Positions 46,008 through 58,539 of a DNA stretch of 64,000 nt are shown here, one piece after another (positions within the stretch are counted from its first letter, which is position 1; each line of letters starts with the position of its first letter). A model generated the notes under the pieces. It was not told the origin of the DNA. It worked only from the letters and a program-made list of their open reading frames with translations, and made no database searches. The translations under genes were made by a program, and so were the position numbers. Source of the stretch: Eledone cirrhosa (Eukaryota); the NCBI GenBank assembly GCA_964016885.1, contig OZ024743.1:172918001-172982000 (forward strand), given 5' to 3'.

Positions 46008-47686
46008 ATCATCATTGTTTAATGTCTATCTTCCACGCTAACAAGGGTTGGACGCGGATTGTCCCACTTGAGGCAAGATTGGTCGGCTGCCCGTCTCTCG
46101 CTCGTATAGGACTGTATCTGGCAGGTTTTCTATGGCTGGATGCCCTTCCTAACACTAACCACATTTACAGTATGGACTGGGAGCCTTTTTACCGTGTCTC
46201 CTACACGACCACTTTACAGCGTGGATTGGGTGTTTTTGTTGTGACACCTAATGTGGACTGGATGTTCCATGGTACCAACATAACTTTACAGAGAAAGGGT
46301 GGTGTGGGTGGAAGTGGGAGTAGGAGTAGTAGGTTGGGGTGTATATTTGGTTAACAGGTGCCTACTGACTAGGTTTAACTTCGTACGTAAGAGAAGGCGA
46401 GTCTTCTATATTACAGCGTAGCACCAAAGGTCGCGATCCAGTGACATTGTCTTAGAGAGGTGCAAGTGTGTAAGGTCAGATTTTATTATGTCGTCCCAGG
46501 TTTTCCTGGGTCTACCTACTCCGTAGCTTCCATCAATTTTGATCGCCCTGCACTTTTTTATACAGCTGTTGTCTTTCATGTGCATCACATGACCATACCA
46601 ATGTAATCTCCTCTCAAGTAAACAGCATCTGATCCCTCTTATTCCTAATTTCTCACTTAGTTCATTTGTTTTACCGTTCATGCATGTTACTATTACATAT
46701 CCAACACAGCATGCATGCTTCGTTCCTTTCCAATCTGTGCAGGTCCTCTGCACACAATGCCCATGTCTCACTGCCATTTAACATTGCTGTTCGTATACAA
46801 GCATCATACAATCTGCCTTTCATTTTTAGAGAGAAACCTTTTGTGGCCAACAGTGGAATTAGCTCTCTGAACTTTCAGAGCACCCTCCTCCACTGCTTAT
46901 TTTGTCACCCAGGTAATGGAAAGTGTCTACTGTTTCTATAGAACCATCTGGGCAGCTGAAGGAGCTAGTATCCAGCAGGCACTTGCTACTTACTGCACCT
47001 GAGCATTGGCCACATGTAAAATCTACATTCTTAGTTAGCTTGCCTGTGATCCCACTACATCTTTTATGTACCCATAGTTTTCATTTGGGGCATAGAATGG
47101 AATTTCTACCTACTCCTTTCCTACACACTGAGCATGGCCATTTCCCAGAAGGCACTTGTGCCCTATTTTCCTTTCTACATACTCGAACTTTAGTCTTAGA
47201 CAAGTTAACTCTAACGCCTTTTGATTCTAGGCCATGCTTCCATGTTTGGAATTTCTTCTCTAGTTCAGCCATATATTCAGCTATGAGAATTAGATCATCT
47301 GCATATAGGAGTTCCCATGGGCAGCCGGTCTTAAACTCTTTTGTTATAGCCTGTAGGGCAATAATAAACAGGAGGGGGCTAAGGACAGAACCTTGATGAA
47401 CACCTACTTTGACGTTAAATTCTTCACTATATTCTTTGTTAATTCTAACCTTGCTGACTGTTCCTCTATACATGGCTTGTATAGCTCCCACAAGTTATTC
47501 ATCTACTCCTAGTTTTCTAAAAGCCTACCAGATAATGTAGCAGGGGACTCTCTCAAAGGCTTCCTCCAAGTCAACAAAAGCCAAGTAGAGGGGTTTACTT
47601 TTAGTTATGTACTTCTCTTGTAGTTGTACAGTATCTGTGGTACTTTTACCTCGCACAAACCCAAATTGCATTTCATCTAGATCAAA
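46008..47686 (-). mobile_element. RTE LINE 3' half, decayed
   Basis: Reads GVHQGSVLSPLLF, LLYADD and RRLHWYGHV, followed by the 3' UTR. Confidence 0.92.
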
Positions 47687-47689
47687 TGT

Positions 47690-48630
47690 TCTCAACTCAT
47701 TTCGGCCAAAAATCAAAGTCACGAAATGCCCCCCCCCCCCCCCCCCCCACACACACACACCTCCTATTTGTCCATTTTTCAATATACTACTGATTTTGAT
47801 ATCAGTAGATTACTGGGCCAAATCAAGTTGTCAAACCGCCCGAAATCGCCCGATAACACCCACACTAAAAAATCGTTCTAAAAATAAACAAACCATCATC
47901 AAAATCTCGTCAGTTCGAGATTACTGCGAGATTAGGCCGTTACCGCGAAAATTAACACTTAATATAGTGAAACAACTTAAAACGACGTGTTTTTTTAACT
48001 TTGAAAGTACAACAAATTTTTTTTTTTGTATCAACATGGCTTATGAAAGTAGCGATACCAACTTTGAAGGTTTTACACACGACATTCAGAATAAACAAGA
48101 AACAAACGATAATATTAGTGATTTATAATTTCAAATGAATCTGATGTTTATATTTCTGAAATTTCGTCTGACGATGATTGTTTTGAAAGTGAAAACGGAG
48201 ATCTCCAGGACGCCATTGAAAATATTACAGCAACGTAGTTGAAAAATACCACACTAATATATGTTCCCGATTTTATTCAAAATACTGGTCCACAACACAC
48301 ATTAGCTGCCGATGCTAAAGCACTGGATTGTTTCTTTTTGTTTTTACCACTAACTTTCTTCGAAGTTGTGTGCAGAAGAGATTAATCGATATGCCCAACA
48401 ACAGATTTCAAATCGAGGAAAACCCAATCTGTTTGGCGACTGACAGATGCTGCTGAAATGCAAGCATTTTTTACCATAAATATTATGTTTGGTATAAAAC
48501 AATTTCCAAGACTGGAATTACTGGAACACTGATATAAGGTTTAGTGATCCTTATAAATCAAGTATTATGCCGAAAACAACGTATTTAAAATTAAACCAGT
48601 ATTTGCACCTGGTTGATACTTGAAATGCCC
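47690..48630 (+). mobile_element. piggyBac-like 5' region with decayed N-terminal transposase
   Basis: Acidic N-terminus MAYESSDTNFEGF, then across stops EINRYAQQ, EMQAFFTINIMFGI and IMPKTTYLKLNQYLHLVD. Confidence 0.7.
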
Positions 48631-48870
48631 CTATTAATTAATTTCACCTGCCCATAAAAGTCAAATTTGACCAAAAAAATCAGGTAAAATTATATAATTG
48701 TAAATTATTGATATTTAAACATCTACTGACAAAATTTCAAGCCTGCACATAGAAAATTAAGAAAATTACAAACGAATAAAATTGATAACCCTCTTGAGTA
48801 TGATTAACTCAAAATAATGCAAACAGATAAGCATGACGTTTGAAAATTAATGCGAATGCTAAAGGGTTAA
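48630..48870 (+). mobile_element. piggyBac-type terminal module ending in GAATGCTAAAGGG|TTAA
   Basis: Reverse-complement copies lie at about 55898-56130 and 56415-56561, each beginning TTAA|CC(C/T)TTTAGCATTC. Confidence 0.75.
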
Positions 48871-49293
48871 AAAAATCTTTAAAATATACTCGTAAGAATT
48901 AAATACAAAAAAGTTTCAGTCCAAAACAAAAGCAAGCTATTTGAAATTATATATTTTTGAAAAATAGACGTGAATGTTCTCAAAGATTTGATCTCAGTCG
49001 AAAAAGCTTTTTTTTTTAAATTCTATATTTCACTGTTAACTGTTGTAATATTTTGAGTGGCTGGACAATTCTACAATTCAAACTGTAAAGTCAAAATACA
49101 AAAGATGCAAAATATGAAGAATTTCTTACTTTTCTCTGGAATCACAAACTCAAGGGAAAAATAGTACCTTGCAAAATAAAGTGCCTTGATCACAAACTTA
49201 GTTGCAACGAATGAATTGAGATGCTTAGTGACAGTGAGCAAACAATGTCTGTATCCCTTATATATAGATAGATAGATAGATAGATACACACAT

Positions 49294-49630
49294 GGAGGCA
49301 CATGGCTTAGTGGTTAGAGCATTGGCCTTGCAATCGAAAGGTTATGAGTTCAATTCTCAGACCGGGTGATGTGTTGTTTCCTTGAGCAAGACACTTTATT
49401 TCACATTGCTCCAGTTTACTCAGCTGTAGAAATGAGATGATAGGGACTGGGGTCCATATTCCACTGCAAAGAGGTCATGGAGGTGCCACGGCAAAAAAAG
49501 CACCCAGCACTCACTGTAAATGAGGTTGGTGTTAGGAAGGGCATCCAGCTGTAGAAATCAAGCCAGAATCGGTTCTCATCCCACCCTTGCAAGCAGGGAA
49601 AAGCAGACGTAAAGTGATGATGATGATGAT
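49294..49630 (+). mobile_element. tRNA-head SINE with RTE-derived 3' tail
   Basis: A-box TGGCTTAGTGG and B-box GAGTTCAATTC. The tail CCCACCCTTGCAAGCAGGGAAAAGC(A/G)GACGTAAA(GAT)n matches the LINE end at 22042-22106. Confidence 0.85.
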
Positions 49631-49769
49631 ACGCGCACACACACGCACAAAATCAAACGTGTGTGTGTGTATGTGTGCCTTGTTTTGGGTACAGAAAGAA
49701 TTTTGTCTCTAGTTTTTATTGCCGGGTCAAAGGCCACTGCTCTTTTCAACAATGTCAAATAAGAACGCC

Positions 49770-49801
<32 letters not shown>

Positions 49802-49954
49802 ATATATGTCTATATATATATAGAGAGAGAGAGTAAGAAGTGTGTGTGTGTTTGGTGAACGTCTATCTATCTCTCAAACATGCGGCCTGTGAACTACTTT
49901 TCTATGGACCGTGGTAGAACCAATATTTCAGATTCCATTATAACTGGTGAAAAT

Positions 49955-50169
49955 AAGGCAGTGAGGTGGTGGAATCGTTAGCACATCCGGCGAAATGCTT
50001 AGCGGTACTTCTTCCGTTTTTACGTTCCGAGTTCAAATTCCGCCGATCTCAACTTTGCCTTTCATCCTTTTGAGGGTCGATAGATTAAGTACCAGTTGTG
50101 AACTGGGATCGATGTAATCGACGGGACCCTAAACCCCAAATTTCATGCCTTGTGCCTATAGTAGAAATG
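49955..50169 (+). mobile_element. tRNA-derived CORE-type SINE with 18-bp target-site duplication
   Basis: ATTATAACTGGTGAAAAT at 49937-49954 and 50170-50187; B-box GAGTTCAAATTC. Confidence 0.88.
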
Positions 50170-50512
50170 ATTATAACTGGTGAAAATCATCCTCCAGGAC
50201 ATAATGGCTCTTTTATGTCCTTGAGTTTGAGACCCCTTTTCTACACACACACACACATATATACACTTTACTCTTTTTCTGTCTCTGGACTATGCCCATG
50301 CTGGAGCATCACCTTGGTAAGTTATGGGGACATCAAGAAACCAACAAACATTGGTGGGAGGGTAAACACAGACCCAAAGATACACACAAACATATATACA
50401 ATGCGCTTCTTTTAGTTTTGGTCTATCAAATCCACTCATAGGGCTTTGGTTGGCCCGGGCAGTGGGACTGAACCCGGAAACATGGTTGGGAAGCAAGCTT
50501 CTTGTCACACTG

Positions 50513-50561
<49 letters not shown>

Positions 50562-50794
50562 ATGTGTTATCAAGTTAACAATGAAAATAAAAAGAACAAA
50601 GTCAAGTTACTTTATAACTTTGTTTTTATTTGTATTGTTAATTTAATACCTAATATCTGACTCTGTATCTAAAGAATTAATTCAGCAAAACACAGTACTT
50701 CTCTATGGATTTTACAAGATTACATTGAGTTCTATCTAAGGTACCGACCCTACCACCAGAGGTAGACCAGACTGAAAAAAGGAAATATATATAT

Positions 50795-51060
50795 GGAGGC
50801 ACAAGGCTTAGTGGTGAGAGCATTGGGCTTGCAATCGAAAGGTTGTGAGTTCAATTCTCAGACTGGGTGATGTGCATGGATGATGAATGCTGGGTGAAGA
50901 AGTGCCAGGAAATCCCAATGGAATGAAGCTGCGGTAGAGGTAGATCAAGAAAGGCCTGGTCAGAGGTGGTGAGAGCTGATCTGAAGAAGACACACAGGGA
51001 GTGGAGAGATGTCGTGCTGAGAAGGACTCATGCAAGCGTGGAAAAGTGAACGTAAAAAAA
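50795..51060 (+). mobile_element. Chimera of SINE tRNA head and RTE ORF 3' end
   Basis: 50795-50872 matches the SINE head at 49294. The rest matches the RTE end at 21849-22075. Confidence 0.75.
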
Positions 51061-52261
51061 AAACAAAAGAAAAATGAAATAACATTTATACACAATTTCA
51101 TATCAAATAAATTTTTTTGATCATTACCTTCCTTTGAACAACATCAGTGGCATTGAAGAAGGTAAATTTGCTTGCTTGGGCAACAGCTTATCTTCCACAC
51201 AAAAAAAAAATCCTCTTCCAGTCTGGTGTCTTGGAGAAAAACGTGCAGATTCATCTTTCTAAAACTTGATAAAGTTAATGGTGTAATTTGAGCTGAGGTA
51301 AAAATAAACAGTCTCAGTTGTCTAAGAATTTTGCCTAAAGCATTCATTTCAGAACTGGTTAACCTTATTGTATTAGTGCAGTCTGAGAAAGCTTTTGCTT
51401 TTTGATCAGTGGTACAGCCAATTTTTAATACAAAAGTATTTTATGCTACAAGCAAGAACTTTTTTATAAACAACAAATAATGACGTTACGCCAGATTAAA
51501 AATTGTAGCAATTCTACATCATCATATCCTTCTAGATCTTGTCCTGTATATGCAAAGAAATTCTATGTGGTAAATGTTGCTATTTCAGCAAATTCTTCAG
51601 GTTAAGATCACTGTATTTTACTACGTCTGTCCATAATGTTAATAGTATGAGTCCCAAAACATTCTGACTATTAAGAAGTAGCTTTGAATTGTGAAACTAA
51701 TAATTTAGATCTGGATAATTGAAATTTAAATGTTTACCCAGTTTAGATGCAATTAGATACTTATGTAACACACATCGTCATTCCAGTTGATTTGAGTTGT
51801 ATGTTAGTCTACTATGAGCATCAACATAACTGTTTGCCAGGTAATGTTGCCACCAAAGGAAGGAGTCTTTCAGAGAGCTCATGCAGTATGGTGCATGAAT
51901 CGTTTTGTGATCTGAGACATCGTAAGAATTTCACCTATTGTTGCTCTTTTTGAAGGAGTTGTCAAGAACTGTATGGAAGCCCATCAAATGGCTTGTATTT
52001 GTAATTCAAAGGGTCAGCGATGTCACACACTGTCATGCTGTATCTCACTGAGAATTAGATTAAAGGAACACCTGCCTGTGGAATACTCAGTCACATGTTA
52101 ATTGTTGGCTGTTCTATTGACTGAATAACTGGAACACTCATCGTCAAGATTAGAGATGCATTTATCTTTCTTAGAAATGAAAAACAACTAAAGTAAGGTT
52201 AGTATTTAATGTTATGCTACCAATTTCCGGATTAACTAATTCTTAATAATTCTCATTTCAG

Positions 52262-52289
52262 TGGAATGCTGTAGCTTTATGGGCCTGGG
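52262..52289 (+). CDS. RBX1: RING-box protein 1, internal coding exon (28 nt, WNAVALWAW plus first base of D)
   Basis: tctcatttcAG|TGGAATGCTGTAGCTTTATGGGCCTGGG|GTaagt. The peptide is the invariant RBX1 cullin-binding strand. Confidence 0.93.
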
Positions 52290-53493
52290 GTAAGTATTGT
52301 GATCTTTTTAAAACCCAAAAAATTCATCATTCATGCCCAACAGTGGGGACAATTATTTAAAAAATGTTCCTTTTGTTTTCCAATTTAATTCCTTTTTTCC
52401 TTACTCTTTTTTCTCTTTCTTTCTTGTCATATATATTGTACTTACTACTGGATATTTTGTATTACACTCTATATGATGTTTCTCAAAAAAAGAAAAAAAT
52501 TAAAGTTTAAAATTGGAAAATAATCAAGATATGAGAATTTTGTAATTGAAATATGGCCAATCATCATCATCTCAAACATGGGATAGATAGATTGTCATAT
52601 TCTGATACCAGACAGCTCAGATGATCATACCCTGCTCATATATTCGAGTTTGGCATGGTTTCTACAGCTGGAGAGAGATTCTTAACACCAACCACTTTAT
52701 AGCATGTGTTGGGTGCATTTTGTCGTGGCACTGACACTACCACTACAGAGTAGGCTGGATGCATTTAATCGGAGCATTATCTTTACCATTTTACAAAGTG
52801 AGCTGGATGTCTTTTATCAAGGCACCAGTACTACTACTTTACAGAGTAGGTTAGATGCATTTATCATAGCAACAGTGCTACCACTTGCAAAATGCATTGC
52901 ACTGTGGCAATAATACTAAGGTGATCGTTGCATCCTCAAGCAAGCAGAGAGAGAGGCAGTGATAAAAGGGTAGAGAGTATGAGAGCATGGCAAAAGTGGC
53001 ACTGTAGAAGCAGTGGATTTGGTAGATTGAAACTGTAGGAAGCCTATTGTGTATGTATATATGCCAGTTGCTGTGAACCACACAGTTGTTTAATATATCT
53101 GGTGGTGTTGCAATGTGATAAATGTTAAGAGAATAATGTATGGTATGGTCTCCAAAGGGGCATACAGCCGTAGAAAAAATTGCCAGAAAAGAGATCTCAT
53201 TTAACTCGTGCAAGGATATCCATTTTTCCATGATGATGATCATCATTACCATTTTACATCTGTTTTCCCTGCTGGTATAGGTTGGAAGGATTTTCACACT
53301 CTGAGACTAGAGGGGTCAGTGAAACAGTTTGCTCATATGTTACATTTTTGGCATAGTCTCTCAAGCTGGATGACTTTCCTAACACCAACCACTTTACAAA
53401 GTGTACTAGGTGCATTTTATCATGGCACTAACATCACCACCCTGAGTTTTACTGAGTGCATTTTATGTATGATGTTTGTGTGCATGTGTATAT

Positions 53494-53829
53494 GGAGGCA
53501 CATGGCTTAGTGGTTAGAGTATTGGCCTTGCAATCGAAAGGTTGTGAGTTCAATTCTCGGACCGGATGATGTGTTGTTTCCTTGAGCAAGACACTTTATT
53601 TCACATTGCTCCAGTTTACTCAGCTGTAGAAATGAGATGATAGGACAGGGGTCCATATCATTCCACTGCAAAGTGCTTGTGGAGATGCCACGGCAAAAAA
53701 TCACCCAGCACTCACTGTAAATGAGGTTGGTGTTAGGAAGGGCATCCAGCTGTAGAAATCAAGCCAGAATCAGTTCCCGTCCCACCCTTGCAAGCAGGGA
53801 AAAGCGGACGTAAAATGATGATGATGATG
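53494..53829 (+). mobile_element. tRNA-head SINE with RTE-derived 3' tail (second copy, intronic in RBX1)
   Basis: Near-identical to 49294-49630. Confidence 0.87.
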
Positions 53830-54496
53830 GTGAGAGATAAATATGTCTAGCAGAGTTCTGTTGATATTAACATCTTTGTCGTGTATATTTACATATACAT
53901 TATGTTTCAATTGATTTGCTCTTAGATCATCATGTTTTAATCTTGGGTGTATGCTTAGTCTCAGGCTGAACATTTATTTCCTTTGTTGTTGTTGATTTTT
54001 TCTCATTGCTTCAGGTTCAATAAAACGCCAGTAATATACTGATAGATCTTTTGTCAGTTTTGATAATGAGCGTTCAGTTGTTTGATGCACTACATGCTCG
54101 ACTTGTTAATTTAGTGTGTAAGTGTCTGAGTATTCGACAGACATGTGTTCCCATAACATGGTTCTCAAGATGAATTAGCACCTTTGAATTTCAGGTACAA
54201 ACCTTCACATGGGCATTCTCACTGCCCTTATTTCTCTGTTTACCCACTTTCACTCATATAGGCTTGGGTTGACCAAGGTTATAGTAAAGACACTTGCCTA
54301 AGATGGCATGCAGTGAGATTTAACCCAGTGTTTCATTGCAAAGTGAACATAACACTCAGCTATTCCTGCAGCCACACTAGTAATATTTGAACCTCTCAAT
54401 TGATTACTTCAAATTCAAATAGATATCTTTGAAACTACTCATGTGTATGTGTGCAAAAGACCTAAAATTATTAAAAGAAACAAATCACTTATCTGA

Positions 54497-54625
<129 letters not shown>

Positions 54626-54699
54626 TGACTTTGTAAATAACACCTGTTATTGTTGTTGGTGAGCTCTCCAGTTATCAAAGATCAGAATTAAATAATGGC

Positions 54700-55745
54700 T
54701 CAAGTGACAAGCTAGATAGTTATAACATAGAGGACAACTGGAAATTCTTGTGTGACAACCTGTTACTAACTATTGACGAGACTTGTGGCTGGAGTGAGCA
54801 CAAGCCAGACAGGGTGACCTGGTGGTGGAACAGCTCAGTGGATAGAGCCATTAAAGCCAAGAGACAGGCATGGAAAGACTAGAAATATAGGGGTAGCAGA
54901 AATCGGTACCAGGTAGCTAAGAGAGAAGCTAGACGACAGGCATACAAAGCTTGGAGAAAGAAAGTTTGCCAACGTTGTGAGACATGAGGATCAGAAACGC
55001 AAAGTGTTCTGCATTGCAAGATAGTGTGTCAGTGTGAATTGTGATGTTGTTAGGGGAAAGTGGGTTAGACACCACTGATGCTCAAAAGAAAGAGGCCTGG
55101 AAATATCACAATGAGAGACTGATGAATATAGTGAATAAAAGGGAGGAAGAGAAACTACCCTGCAGCCTACCCAACAGAAGGGCCAGCTATTGAAGTTGAC
55201 AGTTATAGGGTTAAAGAAGCAATCAAAGAGATGATAAATGGTAAAGCTGCGTGACCATCAGAGTTAGTTCCTGAGATGCTAAAAGCATCAGAAGTAGGTT
55301 CAAACTAGTTAACTGTATAGTCAATCAGGTACATACACAATGACAGGTGCAGCAGTTCAATCATAAATTGCTACAAGGGTAACGGTAATGTTCTAGAACT
55401 ATAGAGGAATAAAACTAATGGACCAAGTTATGAAAGTTAATTAGAGAAAGTCAGATTAGACGGGATGCAGTTCAGTTTCATGCCTGGGAAAAGTACTACA
55501 GATGTGCTCTTTTTATGGAGGCTACTACAAGAGAAGTTCCTAGCCAAAATGAAGCCACTCTACCTAGCTTTTGTTGATCTAGAAAAAGCCTTTGATAGAG
55601 TACCTCGATCTACTATCTGGTGGTCCTTAAGGAAATTAGGTGTAGAAGAATGGTAGTGCAAACTATGTACAGAGGGGCTGACAGCAAAGTGAGAGTAGGA
55701 AATGAATTTAGTGAGGAATTCAAGGTACAAGTAGGAATTCATCAA
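54700..55745 (+). mobile_element. Old RTE LINE internal fragment
   Basis: Reads RVTWWWNS and MQFSFMPGKSTTD...FVDLEKAFDRVPRS. Confidence 0.87.
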
Positions 55746-55897
55746 ACTTTACTGCTGAATTGTTGTTGATCAGAAATCTAAGTTCTTCAATTTCATGTCT
55801 CTCCTCCATAGTCCATTTGGCCATTAATTTTATCATATTAGACTGTTCTATTATCTAACAAACTTTTGTCTCTCAGAATTACATATTGTAGATATTG

Positions 55898-56561
55898 TTA
55901 ACCTTTTAGCATTCACATTAATTTTCAAATGTCATTTTTATCTATTCACATTATTTTGAGTTAATCATACTCAAGGTTATCAATTTGATTTGTTTGCAAT
56001 TTTCTTATGTGCAGACTTGAAATTTTGTCAGTAGATGTTAAAATATCAATAATTTACAATTATATATTTTTACCTGATTTTTTTTTGTTAAATTTGACTT
56101 TTATGGGCAGGTGAAATTAATTAACAGGTGTTTACACAAAAATTTAAACTTTATCTGCCTTACCTGTTAGATTTGTTACAAAAAATATCCAACAATGACC
56201 CAGATGTTGACTTCCAACAATTTTAGCACTTTTCCGAACATGTGAATTAATTTAAAATGCAGGTATAATCAGTACACGGTCTCTCTACATTTCATGCAAA
56301 TATTTTCATTGAAAAAAATGTATAAAACCCTTTCACCAGTCAAAATAAATTTGGCAATGTACTCTTACACAATGAACTGTGTTCAATATAGAATGTGTTC
56401 AATATATAAGTTCATTAACCCTTTAGCATTCACATTGAATTGTCAAATGTCATGTTCATCTATTCGCATTATTTTCACTTAATTATACTCAAGAGGGTTA
56501 TCAATTTTATTTGTTTGTAATTACTTTAATTTTCTATGTGCAGACTTGAAATTTTGTCAGT
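55898..56561 (-). mobile_element. Two piggyBac-type terminal modules (55898-56130 and 56415-56561, the latter cut by an RTE insertion)
   Basis: TTAA plus CC(C/T)TTTAGCATTCACATT starts; homologous to 48630-48870. Confidence 0.72.
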
Positions 56562-57755
56562 CATCATCATCATCATCATCAACGTTTAACGTCCGTGTTC
56601 CACGCTTGCATGGGTTTGGACGGGGGTAGTCCCACTTGAGGCAAGAGTGATTGTCTTGCTCGCATAGGACTGTCTGGCAGGTTTTCTACAGTTGGATGCC
56701 CTTCCTAACACCAACCACATTTACAGTGTGGGTCTGGGAGGTTTTTACCGTGTTGCCTACACGGCCACATTACAGCGTGGACTGTGTGTTTTTTTTGTCG
56801 TGACACCTACACGATCTCATTTGTTTCGGCCTGGATGGTGTGGCACCAACACAACTTTACATAGAACGGGGTGGCGTGGATGGGGTGGGGGTGTATTTTG
56901 TTAGAGATGCCTACTGGCTGTAGTAGGTTTTACTATGTATTTAGGTAAGGCGGTTCTTCTCTGTTACTGAGTACCGCCAAAGGTCTCGGTCCAGTGACAT
57001 TGTCTTGGAGAGGTGTAAGTGTGTGAGGTCGGAGTTTATCAGCTCGTCCCAGGTTTTTCTAGGTCTGCCTATTCCGTGGCTACCGTCTATCTTTATTGCC
57101 CTGCACTTTGTTATACAGCTATCGACTTTCATGCGCATCACGTGTCCATACCAACGTAGCCTTCTCTCGAGTAAACAACATCTGATCCCTCTTATTTCTA
57201 ATTTTTTCCTTAGTTCGTTTATGCTTTGCCGTTCACGTATATTACTGTTACACATCCAGCGGAGCATGCAAGCTTCGTTCCTCTCTAGTCTGCGTATATC
57301 CTCTGCACACAATGCCCAGGTCTTACTGCCATGCAACATTGCTGTTCGTATGCAGGCATCGTACAACCTGCCTTTCATTTTTAGGGAGAACCCTTTAGCA
57401 GCTAATAGTGGTATAAGCTCTCTGAACTTTTTCCAACCAGTTCTGACTCTAGCTACTGTACTTTCAGAGCACCCTCCCCCACTGCTGATTTTATCACCCA
57501 GGTAACGGAAACTGTCCACTATTTCTATAGAACCCTCTGCGCAATTGAAAGAGCTAGTATTTTGTGGGCACTTGCTGCTACTTATTGCACCAGAGCACCG
57601 GCCACATGTAAAATCTATGTTCTTAGTTAGCTTACCTGTGATCTCACTACATCTTTTATGCACCCATACTTTGCATTTAGGACATAAAATGGAGTTTCTA
57701 CCTACGCCTTTCCTACACACCGAGCACGACCATTTCCCAGAAGGGACCGCCGCCT

Positions 57756-57756
<1 letters not shown>
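56562..57756 (-). mobile_element. Young RTE LINE, 5'-truncated (~1.2 kb)
   Basis: Open frame [11 protein letters not shown]...RRLRWYGHV...EKNRLT*, with a (GAT)n tail. Near-identical to 61120-62300. Confidence 0.95.
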
Positions 57757-57839
<83 letters not shown>

Positions 57840-58068
57840 CATATACATATATATACATATACAAAATCCTTCCCATTCTTAATTCTATCGTATCCTCCAA
57901 TTCCCTAATTCTATCGTATTCTCAAACAAACAAAAAAAAAAAAACAAAATCCTTCCCATTCTACTTCTTATAATTTACTTTAAATATATATATCATGCTA
58001 CCTCGAAAGTCAAAAATCCCGCTCATACACCCTTCACCCACCAACTTCTTCACGAAGGGTTGCGGTCA

Positions 58069-58072
<4 letters not shown>

Positions 58073-58131
<59 letters not shown>

Positions 58132-58168
58132 CCTTCCCACTCTCTCTCTCTCTCTCTCTCTCTTAGCT

Positions 58169-58200
<32 letters not shown>
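58073..58200. repeat. Compound (CT)n/(CA)n/(TA)n microsatellite
   Basis: Seen directly. Confidence 0.95.
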
Positions 58201-58201
<1 letters not shown>

Positions 58202-58539
58202 AGATAAATTCCCGTTCATGTTTATTCACTTTCGCCAAACAATTGCTGCTTCAACTATCCCTACTATGGTGTAACCATGTAATCGTAACGTTCACGTTTT
58301 TCCTATCTACTCCACACACCACAATTTCGTACATAGTCCAAACATCCATCCAATCTCGCAAAATCCGAAATCTGTATTTTTTGTTATTTATTAAGGTTTA
58401 AATACGGTGTTTTTGTCGTATTGAACAGAACAAATCTTGCAGTTTTGCTTTTTGTTACTCGCTGTTAAACATTCATAACCTTCCAGCTAGCTACCCCACA
58501 TCCCTCCCACCCGCCCCCACACACCACCATTCTTAATAC

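Noticed and set aside
49294-49365. tRNA gene
   Set aside because: The A/B boxes belong to a SINE head; there is no proper acceptor stem and it continues into the SINE body.
51140-51700. Possible decayed Tc1/IS630-like transposase on the minus strand
   Set aside because: There is only a weak DES-like motif among many stops, which is not supportable by eye.
57005-57973. Antisense ORFs over RTE copies
   Set aside because: They are shadow frames of the RT coding strand with no independent protein signature.
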